NCBI RefSeq assembly: GCF_009914755.1
Contig: NC_060947.1
Strand: one strand, 5' to 3'
DNA length: 64,000 bases
From: the human T2T-CHM13v2.0 reference genome, Homo sapiens
Position numbers and translations under genes: made by a program. This document shows positions 26,321-40,000 of the stretch, piece after piece. The notes beneath the pieces are model-generated. The model was given only the letters and a program-made list of their open reading frames with translations. It searched no databases and was not told the DNA's origin. Numbering within the stretch: position 1 is the first letter of the stretch; each line of letters starts with the position of its first letter.

Positions 26321-29300
26321 AGAAAAAACTCCTGCAGCTAACTCAGTGTCTGCCCAAACGGCCACCTAGTTTTGTGCTTGAAACGCAAGGCCCCTGGTGG
26401 TGTAGGCACCCAAGGGGATCTCCTGGTCTGTGGGTTTCAAAGACCATGGGAAAAGTACAGTGTCTGGGCTGGAATGCACCATTCTTCGTGGCATGGTCTC
26501 TCACAGCTTCCCTTGGCTAGGGGAGGGAATTCCTCGACCCCTTGCGCTTCCCGGGTGAGGTGATGCCCCACCCTTCTTCAGCTCACCCTCTGTCCACTAC
26601 ACCCACTGTATAACCAGTCCCAATGAGATGAGCCAGGTACCTCAGATGGAAGTGCAGAAATCACCTGCCTTCTGAGTTGATCTCACTGGGAACGGCAGAG
26701 CAGAGCTGTTCCTATTTCCCATCTTGCCAGCCCCCAGACTAGAATTGAAAATTTTATTACAGGAATTTTAAAATACAGTTGGAAGCTTTAACAGTAGATT
26801 AGACCAAGCAGAAAAAAGAATTTCATATCTTCAAGTCAGGTTTCTCAAATTAAACCATTCAGGCAATTAAAAAAAATAATTAACAATAAATGAAAATTTT
26901 GAGAAATTTTAAATTATGTAAAGTGACCAAACCTAGACTTCTTGGCATTTCTAAAAGAATTTTTTTTTTAAATGAGCAACTTTGAAAACATATTTGGGGG
27001 AATAATTCAGGAGAATTTATCTTTGCTAGAAAAGTTGACATTCAGATACAATAAATTCAGAAAACACCTGTGAAACATCGTAGAAGATGATGGTCCCCAA
27101 GGCATATAGTTATCAGACTATCCAAAGTCAACACTAAAGAAAAAATATTGAAGGCAGCTTGAGAAAAGGGTCAAATCACCTATAAAAGAAATTCCATCAG
27201 CCTAACAGCAGGCTTCTCAGCAGAAACTGTATAAAACAGAAGAGATAGGGGGTGCCTATTTTTAGCCTTCATAAAAGAAAAAAATGCCAGCCAATAATTT
27301 AATGCCCTGTGAAATGAAGCTTTATAAAGGAATAAGAAATAAAGTATTTCCCAGATAAGCAAACACTAATGGAATAAATCAACACCAGACTGCTCCTGCA
27401 AGAAATGCTCAAAGGAATTCTAATGATGGAAATGAAAGAATGATACATGCTACCATTAAAGCACACATGAATACAAAGCTCACAGATTCTATAAAGCAAT
27501 TACATAATTGAGACTACAAAGAAATTAGCTAAAAACATTATGATAGGAACAATACTTTACACATTAATATTAACTTTGAACATAAATAGCCTAAATACTC
27601 CATTTAAAATATCCAAAAAAATTACAAGACTCAATTTTCTGTTTCCATCAAGAAACCGATCTCATGTAAAATGACACCAACAGACTCAAACTAAAAAGTG
27701 GAGAAAGATCAGTCATGCAAATGGAAAACACAAAAGAGCATGGATAGCTATTCTTGTAACACATAAAACAGATTTTAAACCAAAAGCTATTTAGAAAGGC
27801 AAAAGCTTCACATAAAGAAACAGGATTCAATTCAACAAGAAAATTTAACCATTCTAAATATATATGCACCAACATCAGAGAACCCAGATTTATAAAACAA
27901 ATACTACTAGAACTAAGAAAAGAGACAGACAGCCACAGACTAATAGTGGATGACTTCAACACACCACTGACTGCACAAGATAGATCATCCAGGTAGAAAA
28001 GTAATGAAGAAACACTGGACTTAAACTGGATTTTTGACAAAATGGACCTAATAGACATCAACAGAATACTCCCCCCAAAACCACAGAATATACATTTTTA
28101 TCATCTGTGCATGGAACATTCTGTAAAATTGACCACATTCTTGGTCATAGAGCAAACGTTAATAAATTGGAAAAATTGAAATCATATTAAGCATGTTCAC
28201 TGACAATAGTGGAATAAAATTTGAAATTGATATTAAGAGGAATTCTCAAAATCACATAAATACATGGAAACCAAACAACTTGCTCCCAAATAACTTTCTG
28301 GTGAACAACAAAATTAAGGCAGAAATTAAAACATTTTAGAAACAGATGAACATAAAGACACACTATGCCAAACGTCTGGGATAGAGCAAAAGTAGTTTTA
28401 AGAGGAAAGATTACCGCACTCAATCCCTACATCAAAAATTTAGAAAGATCTAAAATTAACAACCTAACGTTGCGCCTCAAGGAACTAGAAAATCAGGAAC
28501 AAACCAAGTCTAAAGCTAGCTGAAGAAGAGAAATAACAAAGATCAGAGGAGAACTAAAAGAAATTGAGACAAAAAACATTACAAAGGATCAATGAAACAA
28601 AAGGTGGTTCTCTGAAAGTATAAAAAAGTGACAGACCTCTAGTTGGATTATCCAATTAAAAAGAGATTTAAATAAGCGCAATAAGAAATGACAAAGGTGA
28701 CATTACAATTCATACCACAAAAATACAAAGGATCCTCAGAGATTATAATGAACATCTCTATGCACACAAACTAGAAAACAGAGAAAATGGATACATTCCT
28801 GAGAATACACAACTTCTCCGGATTGAACCAAAAAGAAACTCAAATCCTGAATGGACCAATAATTAGCTATGAAACTGAGTCAATATTTAAAAAAACAAAA
28901 AACTACCAATTCCAAACAGCCCCGGATCAGACGGATTCACAGCTGAATCCTACACAACATATAAAGAAGAGTTGGCACCAATCATGCCGAAAGTATAACA
29001 AAAAGTTAAGAACAAAGGATTCTTCTCTAACTCAATCTATGAAAACAGTATAATTCTGACTCCAAAATCAGGTAAGGACTCTAAAAAGTAGAAAGCTACA
29101 GGCCAATATACTTGATGAACATAGATACAAAAATCTTCAGTGAAATACTAGTAAATCAAATGCAGCAGCATATCAAAAAAAAAAGAGGATAATTCATCAC
29201 AATTAAGTGACTTTTATCCCTGGAATCCAAATAAATAAATACAATTCACCACATAAACAGAACTAAAAAAAAAAGATCATCTCATTGGATGCAGAAAAAA

Positions 29301-29985
29301 CATTTAATAAAATCCAACATAGCTTCATGATAAAAACCCTCAACAAACTTGGCATTGAAGGAACATACCTCAAAATAATAAAAGCCATGCAGGACACATC
29401 CATGGCTAACATCATACTGACTGGGAAAAGACTAAAAGTATTTCTCATAAGAAGTGGAACAAAACAAGGATGTCCACTGTCACCACTCCTACTCAACATA
29501 GTACTGGAAGTCACAGCAAGAGAAACCAGGCAAGAGAAAGAAATAAAAGTCATTCAAACTGGAAAAGAGGAAGTCAGATTATCTCTGCCTATAATGGCAT
29601 GATTCTATATCTAGAAAGCCCAAAGTCTCCTCCAAAGACTCCCTCCCTGATAAATAAATTCAGTAAAGTTTCAGGATACAAAATCAACATACAAAATCAG
29701 TAGCCCTTCTATACACCAATAATGTTCAAGCTGAGAACCACATAAAAATCTCAATCCCATTTATAATAATCACACAAAAATAAAATTCCTAGGAATACAT
29801 TTAACCAAATTGGTGAAATACCTCTACAAGGAGAACTATAAAACATTAATGAAAGAAATAGTAGATGACAGACACACACCTCTGTAAAAACTTTCCATAC
29901 TCATGGATTGTAAAGATCAATATTGTTAAAATGACCATACCTCCCAGTGCAGTATAGAGATTCAAAGCAATTTTTACTAAACTAT

Positions 29986-30367
29986 TGTGATGATTAATAC
30001 TGAGTGTCAACTTAATTGGATTGAAGGATGCAAAGTATTGAGACTGGGTGTGTCTGTAAGGGTTTTGCCAAAAGAGATTAACATTTGAATCAGTGGGCTG
30101 GGGAAGGCAGATCCACCCTTAATCTGGGTGGGTACCATCTAATCAGCTACCAGCAAATATAAAGCAGGCAGAAAAATCTAAAAGGCTAGACTGGCCTAGC
30201 CTCCCAGCCTACATCTTTCTCCTGTGCTGGATGCTTCCTGCCCTTGAACATTGGACTCCAAGTTATTCAGCTTTGGGACTCAGACTGGCTTCCTTGCTCC
30301 TCAGCTTGCAGATGGCCTATTGTGGAACCTTGTGATCATGTGAGTTAATAATGTTCAATAAACTACC

Positions 30368-30399
<32 letters not shown>

Positions 30400-30531
30400 G
30401 TATATATACGTATATATGTATACATACGTATATATATGTATATATACGTATATATGTATATATACGTATATATATGTATACATATACATATGCTATTAGT
30501 TCTGTTCCTCTAGAGAACCCCAACTAATATA
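29986..30531 (+). mobile_element. MLT2A1/MLT2A2 solo LTR
   Basis: tgtgatgattaatactgagtgtcaac...tagagaaccccaactaatata; it interrupts the host L1 ORF2. Confidence 0.92.
30367..30491. repeat. (TA)n-derived compound microsatellite with tatatacgtatatatgta units
   Basis: Direct inspection. Confidence 0.9.
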
Positions 30532-31423
30532 ATTGCCAATGTCATTTTTCACAGAATTAGGGAAAATAACTCTAAAATTAATATGCAACCCCCAAAAAAG
30601 CTCAAATAGCCAAAGCAACCCAAAACAAAAAGAACAAAGCTGGAGGCATCACTTCACATGACTTTAAATTCTTCAAGGCGATAGCAACCAAAACATTAGA
30701 GTACTGGTGCAAAAATAGACACACAGATAAGTGAAAAAGAAAAGAGGACCCAGAAATGAAGGCTCACACATACAACCAACTGATCTTTGACAAGGTTAAA
30801 AAAAATAAACAATGGGGAAATGACACCCTATTCAATAAATGATGCTAGAAAAGCTCACCAGCCATGTGCAGGAGACTGAAACTGGACCCTTACTTCTCAC
30901 GAAAACTAACTCAAGGTGGATAAAGACTTAAATGTAAGACCTGAAACTGTAAAAAATCATAGAAGAAAACCTAGAAAAACCTTATATGGATATTGGCCTA
31001 GGCAAAGAATTTATGACTAACACATCAAATGCAATTGTATCCAAAACAAAAATAGACAAATGGTACTTAATTAAACTAAAGAGCTTCTGCACAGCAAAAC
31101 AAAAATCAATAGATTAAACAGACAAGCTACAGAATACAAAAACAATATTTGCAAACTATGCATCCAGAAAAAGAATAATATTCAAAATCTATAAGGAACT
31201 TAAATAAATCAACTTGTAAAAAACAAATAACCACATTAAAAAGTGGGCAAAGAACATGAGAAGACACTTCTCCAAAGAAAACACACCTTCAAAGAAGAAA
31301 CACATGTGGCCAACAAACGTATGAAAAAAATTTTCACCATCACTAATCATCAAAGAAATGCAAATCAAAATCACAACGAGATACCATCTGACACCAGTTA
31401 AATGGCTGTTATTAAGAACGTCA

Positions 31424-31963
31424 CATTTTCTTAATCCAGTCTATCGTTGTTGGACATTTAGGTTGGTTCCAAGTCTTTGCTATTGTGAATAGTGCCGCTA
31501 TAAACATACATGTGCATGTGTCTTTATAGCAGCATGATTTATAATCCTTTGGGTATATACCCAGTAATGGGATGGCTGGGTCAAATGGTATTTCTAGTTC
31601 TAGATCCCTGAGGAATCGCCACACTGACTTCCACAATGATTGAACTAGTTTACAGTCCCACCAACAGTGTAAAAGTGTTCCTATTTCTCCACATCCTCTC
31701 CAGCACCTGTTGTTTCCTGACTTTTTAATGATTGCCATTCTAACTGGTGTGAGATGGTATCTCATTGTGGTTTTGATTTGCATTTCTCTGATGGCCAGTG
31801 ATGAGGAGCATTTTTTCATGTGTTTTTTGGCTGCATAAATGTCTTCTTTTGAGAAGTTTCTGTTCATATCCTTCGCCCACTTTTTGATGGGGTTGTGTGT
31901 TTTTTTCTTGTGCACATGTACCCTAAAACTTAAAGTATAATAATAATAATAATAATAATAATA
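31424..31963 (+). mobile_element. Young L1PA2/3-like insertion with 5' inversion (inverted 31424-~31909; sense 3' tip plus (TAA)n tail)
   Basis: TSD AAGAACGTCA at 31414-31423 and 31964-31973. The minus-strand ORF2 C-terminus is near consensus. The sense part is gtgcacatgtaccctaaaacttaaagtat. Confidence 0.93.
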
Positions 31964-32799
31964 AAGAACGTCAAAAAACAGCATGTTGGGGAGGTTGTGG
32001 GAAATGGGTATGCTTATACCCTGTTGGTGGGAATGTAAATTAGTACAACCCCTACAGAGAATAGTATGGAGATTTCTGAAAGAACTAAAAGTGGAACTAC
32101 CATTTGACCCAGAAATCCCACTACTGTGTATCTACCCGAAGAAAAATAAATCTTTCTACCAAAAGACAGTAGCACTCATATGTTTACCACAGCACTATTC
32201 ACAATAGTGATTGAATCAACAAAGGTGTACAATCAACTTAAATTTCCATCAATGGTAGATTGGATAAAAATAATATCGTATAAGTGCATCACAAAATACT
32301 ACATATTTACAAAAAATAATGAAATTATGCTTTTTTCAGCAACATGGATGCAGCTCTAGGCTATTATTCTAAGTGAAGTAATGCAAAAACAAAAAAATAT
32401 GGCATGTTTGCATTTATAAGTGGGAGATAAACAATGGGTACCCATGGACCTAAAAATGGAAACAATAGACACTAGGGACTAAAAGACAGGAGAAGCAGGG
32501 AGGATGGCAGTGTTTGAAAAACTACCTATTGGGTACTATGCTTACTATTTGCGTAATGTGCTCACTAGAAACCCAAACCCCGTCAGTATACAACATATGC
32601 ATGTATCAAACCTGTGCATGTACCCTGCAGACCTATAATTCAACAAAAAAACCTCTTAAGAAGATAGTAGTAGTTTGATATTTCTTTCAAAGTGCTAGAT
32701 ATAGCTCAGTATACATATCTCACAACAAAACCGACATCATTTTTATTAGAAAGCTCTAGCTATGAGTAAAGCAACAATGCATTTTATCACCACCCATAT

Positions 32800-34460
32800 G
32801 CTTTTCTGAATTTCCTGGATAACATCATTAGATAACTACAAGAAATAAGGAATAAATACTTAGAAAAACATGAATGATATTTTTAGATTATATGACTGCA
32901 TTCTTGAAAGCAATCTTTGCACAGCAATTAACATCAATAGTGTAATTCAGTATGATAGCTGGGTACAAAATTCATATACAAAGTGCAATAGATTTTCAAT
33001 ATATAGAAAGTAATTAATTGGAAATTATAAGGAAAGAAAATATATCCTTTACATCAGCAACAGGTATGAAACACTGAGATATTTGACGAGTTTGGTGCAT
33101 GGCATTTAAAACTCTCTTGAAATAATTAAGAGCTAAATTAATACACAACTATTCTTTGTTTTGGGTCTTAAATAATCCAGAGAAGATATCCCTGTTCCTT
33201 ATATTTATATCAAAATTAAATATTATTCAAATAAAAATGATAATATATTAACTATCCTGACAAATTTACATTGAAATGTATCTATAAATTACCCAGATGG
33301 CCACTAATAAAAAATAATAATTAGTCATATTGGCCCTTCTTCCAGATTTTAAAATAAGATATGGCAATTAAGAATTTGATAGTCTTCCTTGTGTCTGGGT
33401 GCGGTGGCTCACGCCTGCAATCCTAGCACTTTGGGAGGCTGAGGTGGGCGGATTGCTTATGTCTGGGCTACATTGTGAAACTCCATCTCTACAAAAAATA
33501 CAAAAATTAGCTTGGTGTGGTGGTGTGCACCTGTAGTCCCAACTACTCGGGAGGCTGAGGTGGGAGAATCACTTGAGCCCTGGAAGCGTGGGTGGCTGTG
33601 AGCTGAGATTATGCCTCTGCACTCCAGCCTGGGTGACAGAGTGAGACCCCATCTCCGAAAAAAAAAATAATAATTTGATACTCTTTTTGAATAGATCAAC
33701 AAAGATAAGAACACAGGCATTTTAGAAATACTCTCAAATATATATTGGGTTTTAATATAAATGAGATACAATTGAGTAAACTTTTAATATGATTTGTAGG
33801 ATTTTAGTTATTCTTAGGAAGACCAAGACTTCCAAAATTATAAAAATAATTTGCCCATGTTTATATCTTTGCCCAATCTGCAATTTATTTCATTAACACA
33901 AGTGCTATGTGGACTTGAAAAAATACAGCTGTTGAAATAGTACCAAAGAGGTACTATATTTTATCTATCAAAGCAGTAATGAGTTAAATTTTGATAAAGT
34001 TCACTGTTGAATAGGTTGAAAAACTCATACTTTGATATTTGTAGTGGAAAAGTAAGTTACTTATTTGAGGGGAAGGAGGATCTGACTATATCTATTAGAA
34101 TTTAAAACACATTTTTTGTTCTACATCTTGGAATTTATTTATGGATGTACTCATATACTGGTCCAGAGACCATTATACTATTTATTGTAGTATGTGTGTG
34201 TACACGTGTGTATTTATATATAGCTGTGTAACTACCTACTTTCTCCCTCTCTCTCAACCTATTATCTGTGTGCATAGATTTGTACCTCTGTAAACCAATT
34301 CTTGAAGGATACAGACATGCAAAATTTTTAATAGTATCTTTGTAGATTGGAATGATAGTAGTGAGGGGATATAAGATTTTTCATTCTATACATTCCTGTG
34401 CTTTTGCATTTTTACTTGAGAATGTGCTTTTAATAATAAAAACTTTAGTTAAAAATAAAC
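32800..34460 (+). mobile_element. Highly degraded L1ME-type fragments
   Basis: Faint ORF2 and 3' motifs (gctgggtacaaaattcatatacaaa...caatag). Confidence 0.45.
33393..33667 (+). mobile_element. AluJ-like element with a small left-arm deletion
   Basis: Alu dimer with gattgctt and cacttgagccc AluJ-type positions and an A tail. Confidence 0.9.
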
Positions 34461-35878
34461 AGCTTATGTAGGTACCAATATCACATGGAATTAAAAAGTG
34501 TTGATCAACTTGTTTAATTCATAATTTGTTTTACAATAATGCACATAGAAACATAACAAGCAGAATTATATAAAATTTGTGTAAAAACCAATTGCACTAG
34601 GAATATAACAGATTTCATTATCTACTATTATGTAAGTGTATCACAAATTATCTGCATATTCTAAAAATTTCCAGAGACTGTCCCTCATACAAAATAAATC
34701 TTATTCGGGAAAGTTCTTTAATTTTAGGTAACTAGAAATTAAATACATATTCCATGCCCCAATGCCTCAGACTTTGAATTTTCAAGATAAGAAGATGATG
34801 TACAAGGAAACATTAAATTTATGTGTATATATACATATTATTGCAAATATACATATATGTGTGTATATATATATCATATATATTTATAAATATATGTACA
34901 CACACGTCTGTACACAACATAATTTATTTAGACATTTTTTCTGTCAAAAGCCTAGAAATACATCTGGCTTTGTTTTGGAAACTATAAATCATTTAGTCAG
35001 TATGATTTTAACTATTACAAAAGTTTATATAGCATTGGACTAAAAACATGTTATTGAAATAGCACACACAAGGTCACATTATTTGATATATAAATTGGCT
35101 CTTTCTTTAGGAAGATGAATACAGCTCATAGGTGTTCATTTGTTTACCAAACTTCTACGATTTGGAAAATCCTATTCAATACTTCTACAGAGAGCTGTTT
35201 GGAAATGTTGCATGCTTCAGTAATTTACAGTTTTTGAATTAAAGCCTAGTATATAATGTGCAAATTTGATTATATAAATCTGATCTTTTGTTGGCTTAAC
35301 GGTTTTGGAAGATTTTTGTCAGTATCAAGAAATACCTCAGAAATAGGCAAGTACTTTTTAGGGAACAATCATTTCCATTCACATAAATTCTATGAATAAA
35401 AATATTTACTTACTGAATTTTCATACCTGGAAGGACTGCAAATCTCTTAATGCTTTTCAAGTTATTCCAATACACATTGGTTAGCATGCGACAGAAAAGC
35501 TATAGACAGAACACCGCTGTTATGAATATATATTGTGTCAGAATAGCATACTAATCACTAGCTCTAAAGAAATATACATTTTTAATATTTTCCTATATCT
35601 GTAACTACAACTTGGAAAATGAGTAGTTAAATTCAGAGTGTGTCTTTATGGTACCTGTGTGCATATTTTACAGCCAAATTTTGAAAAGAGGAAATTTTTT
35701 TCATATAGATGCTCCATAAAAAATGCCAATAAATAAATAAAAGGTCATTTGGAATCCACTAAAATATCAATGCACATTTAAGAAAGTGGTAGTGGTACTG
35801 GCATAAGGAAGAGAAAAATAAAATGAAAGCCATTGGAAGTAATTTGTAAGACACATAGGTATCATAAACCTGATTTTT

Positions 35879-36483
35879 TTAATATCAGTGTATTTTTAAT
35901 ATCAAAGCTCAATCTTTAGAAAGACTCATAAATAACACCCTTTTAATTATAGCCAACTTGATCACACACAAAATTCCTTTTACAAATTCATCCTTCACAA
36001 TCTTATATGACCTGCATGAACCTTTGATGACAAGCTTAGACTTTCTCTTTTCTCCTATATTTTCTCCTTCCTAAATAACCGGTCCTTTTACCTTAGGACA
36101 AAAATTTACCGCATTTTTTATAGAAAATCTTTCTTACCAAAAATACACTTCTGTACCTGTAACTTTCTTCACATCTCTCTCCTACTTAATGGTTCCTTTT
36201 TTTTTTTGACTTTATTTCCATTTATTTTAAATTTTATTATTATTATACTTTAAGTTTTAGGGTACATGTGCACAATGTGCAGGTTTGTTACATATGTATA
36301 CATGTGCCATGTTGGTGTGCTGCACCCATTAACTCGTCATTTAGCGTTAGGTATATCTCCTAATGCTATCCCTCCCCCCTCCCCCCACCCCACAACAGTC
36401 CCCGGAGTGTGATGTTCCCCTTCCTGTGTCCATGTGTTCTCGTTGTTCAATTCCCACCTATGAGTGAGAACACGCGGTGTTTG
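35879..36483 (-). mobile_element. 5'-truncated L1PA3-like element (36483-~36245) plus ~0.3 kb 3'-transduced ERV1-internal-like sequence
   Basis: TSD TAAACCTGATTTTT at 35865-35878 and 36484-36497 encloses both parts. Confidence 0.88.
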
Positions 36484-37682
36484 TAAACCTGATTTTTATA
36501 AGCTCAAAATGTCAGAAATATACCTGTCAGAATGAGTCCCCATTACATGAATAGTTTGTTTACCTTATCCTCTGAAGTCAGAATCAACAATCAGACTGGT
36601 TGAGAAAGCAAACGAATCTTTATGATGGGTAGACCGTTGCACAAATTTGCAAGTGACATAACCAACAAATAGATAAAAGAAACACATTTTTATATAAAAG
36701 GAACACATGCACAAACCATTAATGTGTGTATATGCATTACAAAATGAGAATCAACAACTTTAGAAAAATTAACAACTTGGTGCAATTATGAAATTATTCA
36801 ATTGGATACTGTGGTAGAAGATAGTCATGGGGTAGGAGGACAGGGTCAATATTAACTTGATTGTTTGTATGTATTTTTAAAGTAGTGCCAGAAAAAATTC
36901 AAGAAAAGAGAAGTTATATGACGAAGTAAAATGCTTTAGAAACGATGGGAAAACATTGGAGTTACTGGAAAAATATTGTGTTTACAGAAAATGTAAACAA
37001 CTGTAAATACCTTAAGGTAATTATGCCTAGATTTTGTTAGACAAAGATTTTATATATTTTGAGAAACAAGAAAATAATATTTCAAATGAGTCACACAGTG
37101 AATATATTTTAAGGCACCTATGAACCTATATATTTCAAAATGCAAGAATATTGCAAATTCATGTAATGAAAAGTTAAGCAGATTAGGGTTTTGAGATAAA
37201 ATGAGGGAGGCCCAAATAAATTTGAAATTCAAATTCACAATAAGTAAGCTTCTAAATAATATTTAAGTAATTTTTTCCACTAAAATTATTTATTGCTTAT
37301 ATAAAGTTCAAATTTGGCTGAGTATCCTGTACTTTTGTGTGCTAAGCCGGGCAAACTTGCAGCTGCAAGGAATCAGAAATCTCTTCATTTTCTTTCAACT
37401 GCACTGATAATTTTTTTGTTATGTATATCCTACTATTTGCATCTTAATATTTACTTCTTAATATCAATTGTTGTATGTTTAAGTTCTAGAGCTTCTATTT
37501 GATTTTTTGCTATAGATTTCATATTTCTATTGAAATTATCTATCTTTTAATCCATTTTCTTGAAAATATTAAGTGTAGCTCTTTTAATGCCTGGCTCAGA
37601 TGACCTTGATAACTTTGATATTCTGCGATACCTTTGTATATTATGTCTTTTTTTTTCTCTATTGGTTTTCAACCATGTGGCC

Positions 37683-38050
37683 TGTATTAGTTCATTCTCA
37701 CACTCTTATAAAGATACTACTGGAGACTGGGTAATTTATACAGAAAAGAAGTTTAATTGACTTATAGCTCCACATGTCTGCGGAGGCCTAGGAAACTTAC
37801 AATCATGGTGGAAGGTGAAGGGAATGCAAACTTGGACCTTTTCACATGGCGGCAGGAGAGTGCCAGCAAGAGCAGGGAAAATTGCCTTATAAAACCATCA
37901 GATTTTGTGAGAACTCACTCAATATTAGGAGAACAACATGGGGGAAAAATGTCCCCTTAATCCAATCACTTCCCTCCAGGTATCCCTGAACACCTGGGGA
38001 TTACAATTTAAGATGAGATTTGGGTGGGGACACAAAGCCTATCATATTTC
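37683..38050 (-). mobile_element. THE1D/MSTA-like solo LTR
   Basis: tgtattagttcattctcacac...gagactgggtaatttat...gatgagatttgggtggggacaca. Confidence 0.88.
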
Positions 38051-38719
38051 CTGGCAATGGTTTTTTGGTGCTGGATATGCTGTATCAAAAACTATAAAAG
38101 CTTTAGATGATGTCATTTTTCTCCACGAAGATTTATATTTTTTTCCTCACTGGCAAGTAGTGTAGGAATGAATAATTTTGATGCATAAAATATTGGTCTA
38201 TATATGGTTTGACTTTATACATAGGATAAGGCCCTTCCTGGACCTCAAATGAAGAAAAAAAAAAAAGCCCTGAATCTAGATTCTCTTTTCCCCAGAATAA
38301 CATATTTATTGAATTCTTTTCTATACATTCTGGCTCTGTAAAGCTATTATAGCATCTCCTTTACTTATCTGCCTCTAACCCACGTTATGGGTACAATACC
38401 AACTCAAGAGAGAATTTCTTGCACAAAATCAAGGTCAGTTCTCTGAAACTTCCTTTTCTCTGAGACTTTGGCCCTGTGTCTCCAGACTACTTTGTAGCAG
38501 GAAATTTCAATTTTGTTGCTCCAGTCCAGGGAGGCTGCTGTAACATACAGGTTGCTGCATTCTGTTTAGCATTTATACATTGAATGGAGAATTGACAAAT
38601 GTACCAAGAGTAAAAATGACAATGCAGATCTTGCCTCAATGTGTTAGCTTCTCATCTTGTGCTTGGCTAGGTTATTCTCTGATACCTTCAGTCAACTTTT
38701 TAAAATGTATCAATTTTTG

Positions 38720-40000
38720 AGAAGGGTGTCAAGATCATTCAATTTGGAAATAGTCTTCAACAAATGGTTTGAGATAACAAAAGAGCCACATGCAAAAGAG
38801 TGAAGTTGGAGTCTTACATCACAACATATCAAAAATTGACTTTAAATGGATCGAGTATGTAAGTATAAGTGCTAAATCTATAAAACTCACAGAAGAAAAC
38901 AAGAGTAAAATTTTTGAACTTGAATTTTGCAATGAATTCTTAGATACAACACCAGAAGCATAAATAACACAAGAAAAAAATGAATAAGACTTTATCAAAA
39001 TGAAAAACTTTTGTAATTCAAGTGACACTATCAAGAATGTGAAAACAGTACCCAAAGTATGGGATAAAATATTTGCAAATCATATTTTTTTAATGAACTT
39101 ATAACTAAAATATATAAAGAATACTCACAATTTAACAATAAAAAATATGACCCAACTAAAAGATGGGCAACAGAGTTGAATAGAGATTTCTCCAAAAAGA
39201 TATACAAATGGCCAATAAACAAGTGAAAAAATTGTTCAAAATCATTACTAATCATGGTATTGTGAGTCAAAACCGTCATGATAAACCATCTCACGTGCAC
39301 TAGGATGGCTTTAATCAAAAAGTCAGGTAACAACAAATGTTGAAGAGGTGGAGAAATTTGAACATTCATACATTTCTGGTGAGAATGAAAAACAGCTCAG
39401 GCCTTTTGTAAAATAGGATGACAGTTTCACAAATAAGTAAATAGAGTAATACCATACTATCCAGCAATTATTTCACTCCTAGGTGTCTACCCAATAGAAA
39501 TAAAAACATACATAAAGATACAAACTTATACATAAATGTTCATAGCAGCATTATTCATATTAGACAAAAAATAAAAATTCAAGTGTTCTTTGATGAATTG
39601 ATAAACCAAATGTATATATATCACTCAAACATAAAAAGGAATGATATACTTAATGGAACATGATATAACAAGGATTAATCTTAAAAATATTATGTAAAGT
39701 GAAAGAAGTCAGTCACAAGTTCATATATTATATGATTAATTTATATTAAATGGCAAGAATAGACAATTCAATAGATAAAGTAAATTAGTGGTTTCCTAGG
39801 GTTGGGATATGGGTGAATAGAAATAATAGGTAACATGTACAGAGCTGTTATTTCTTTGGGGTAATAAAAATATTCTAAAATTGACTATAGTAAAGGTTTT
39901 ACACATCTGTAAATTACTAAAAAATCATTGATTTATACTCTTTAAATGAGTGACTCTTTTGGTATATGAATTATATTCCAATATAATTCTTCTTAAAAGT
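38720..40000 (+). mobile_element. L1MB/MC 3' fragment
   Basis: agtcttcaacaaatgg, aaaatatttgcaaatcat, atacaaatggccaataa and a 3' UTR ending gtatatgaattatattccaat. Confidence 0.8.

Noticed and set aside
31421-31984. 187-aa minus-strand ORF with a poly-Tyr stretch
   Set aside because: It is an artefact of reading through the (TAA)n tail and inversion junction into L1 ORF2; not a gene.
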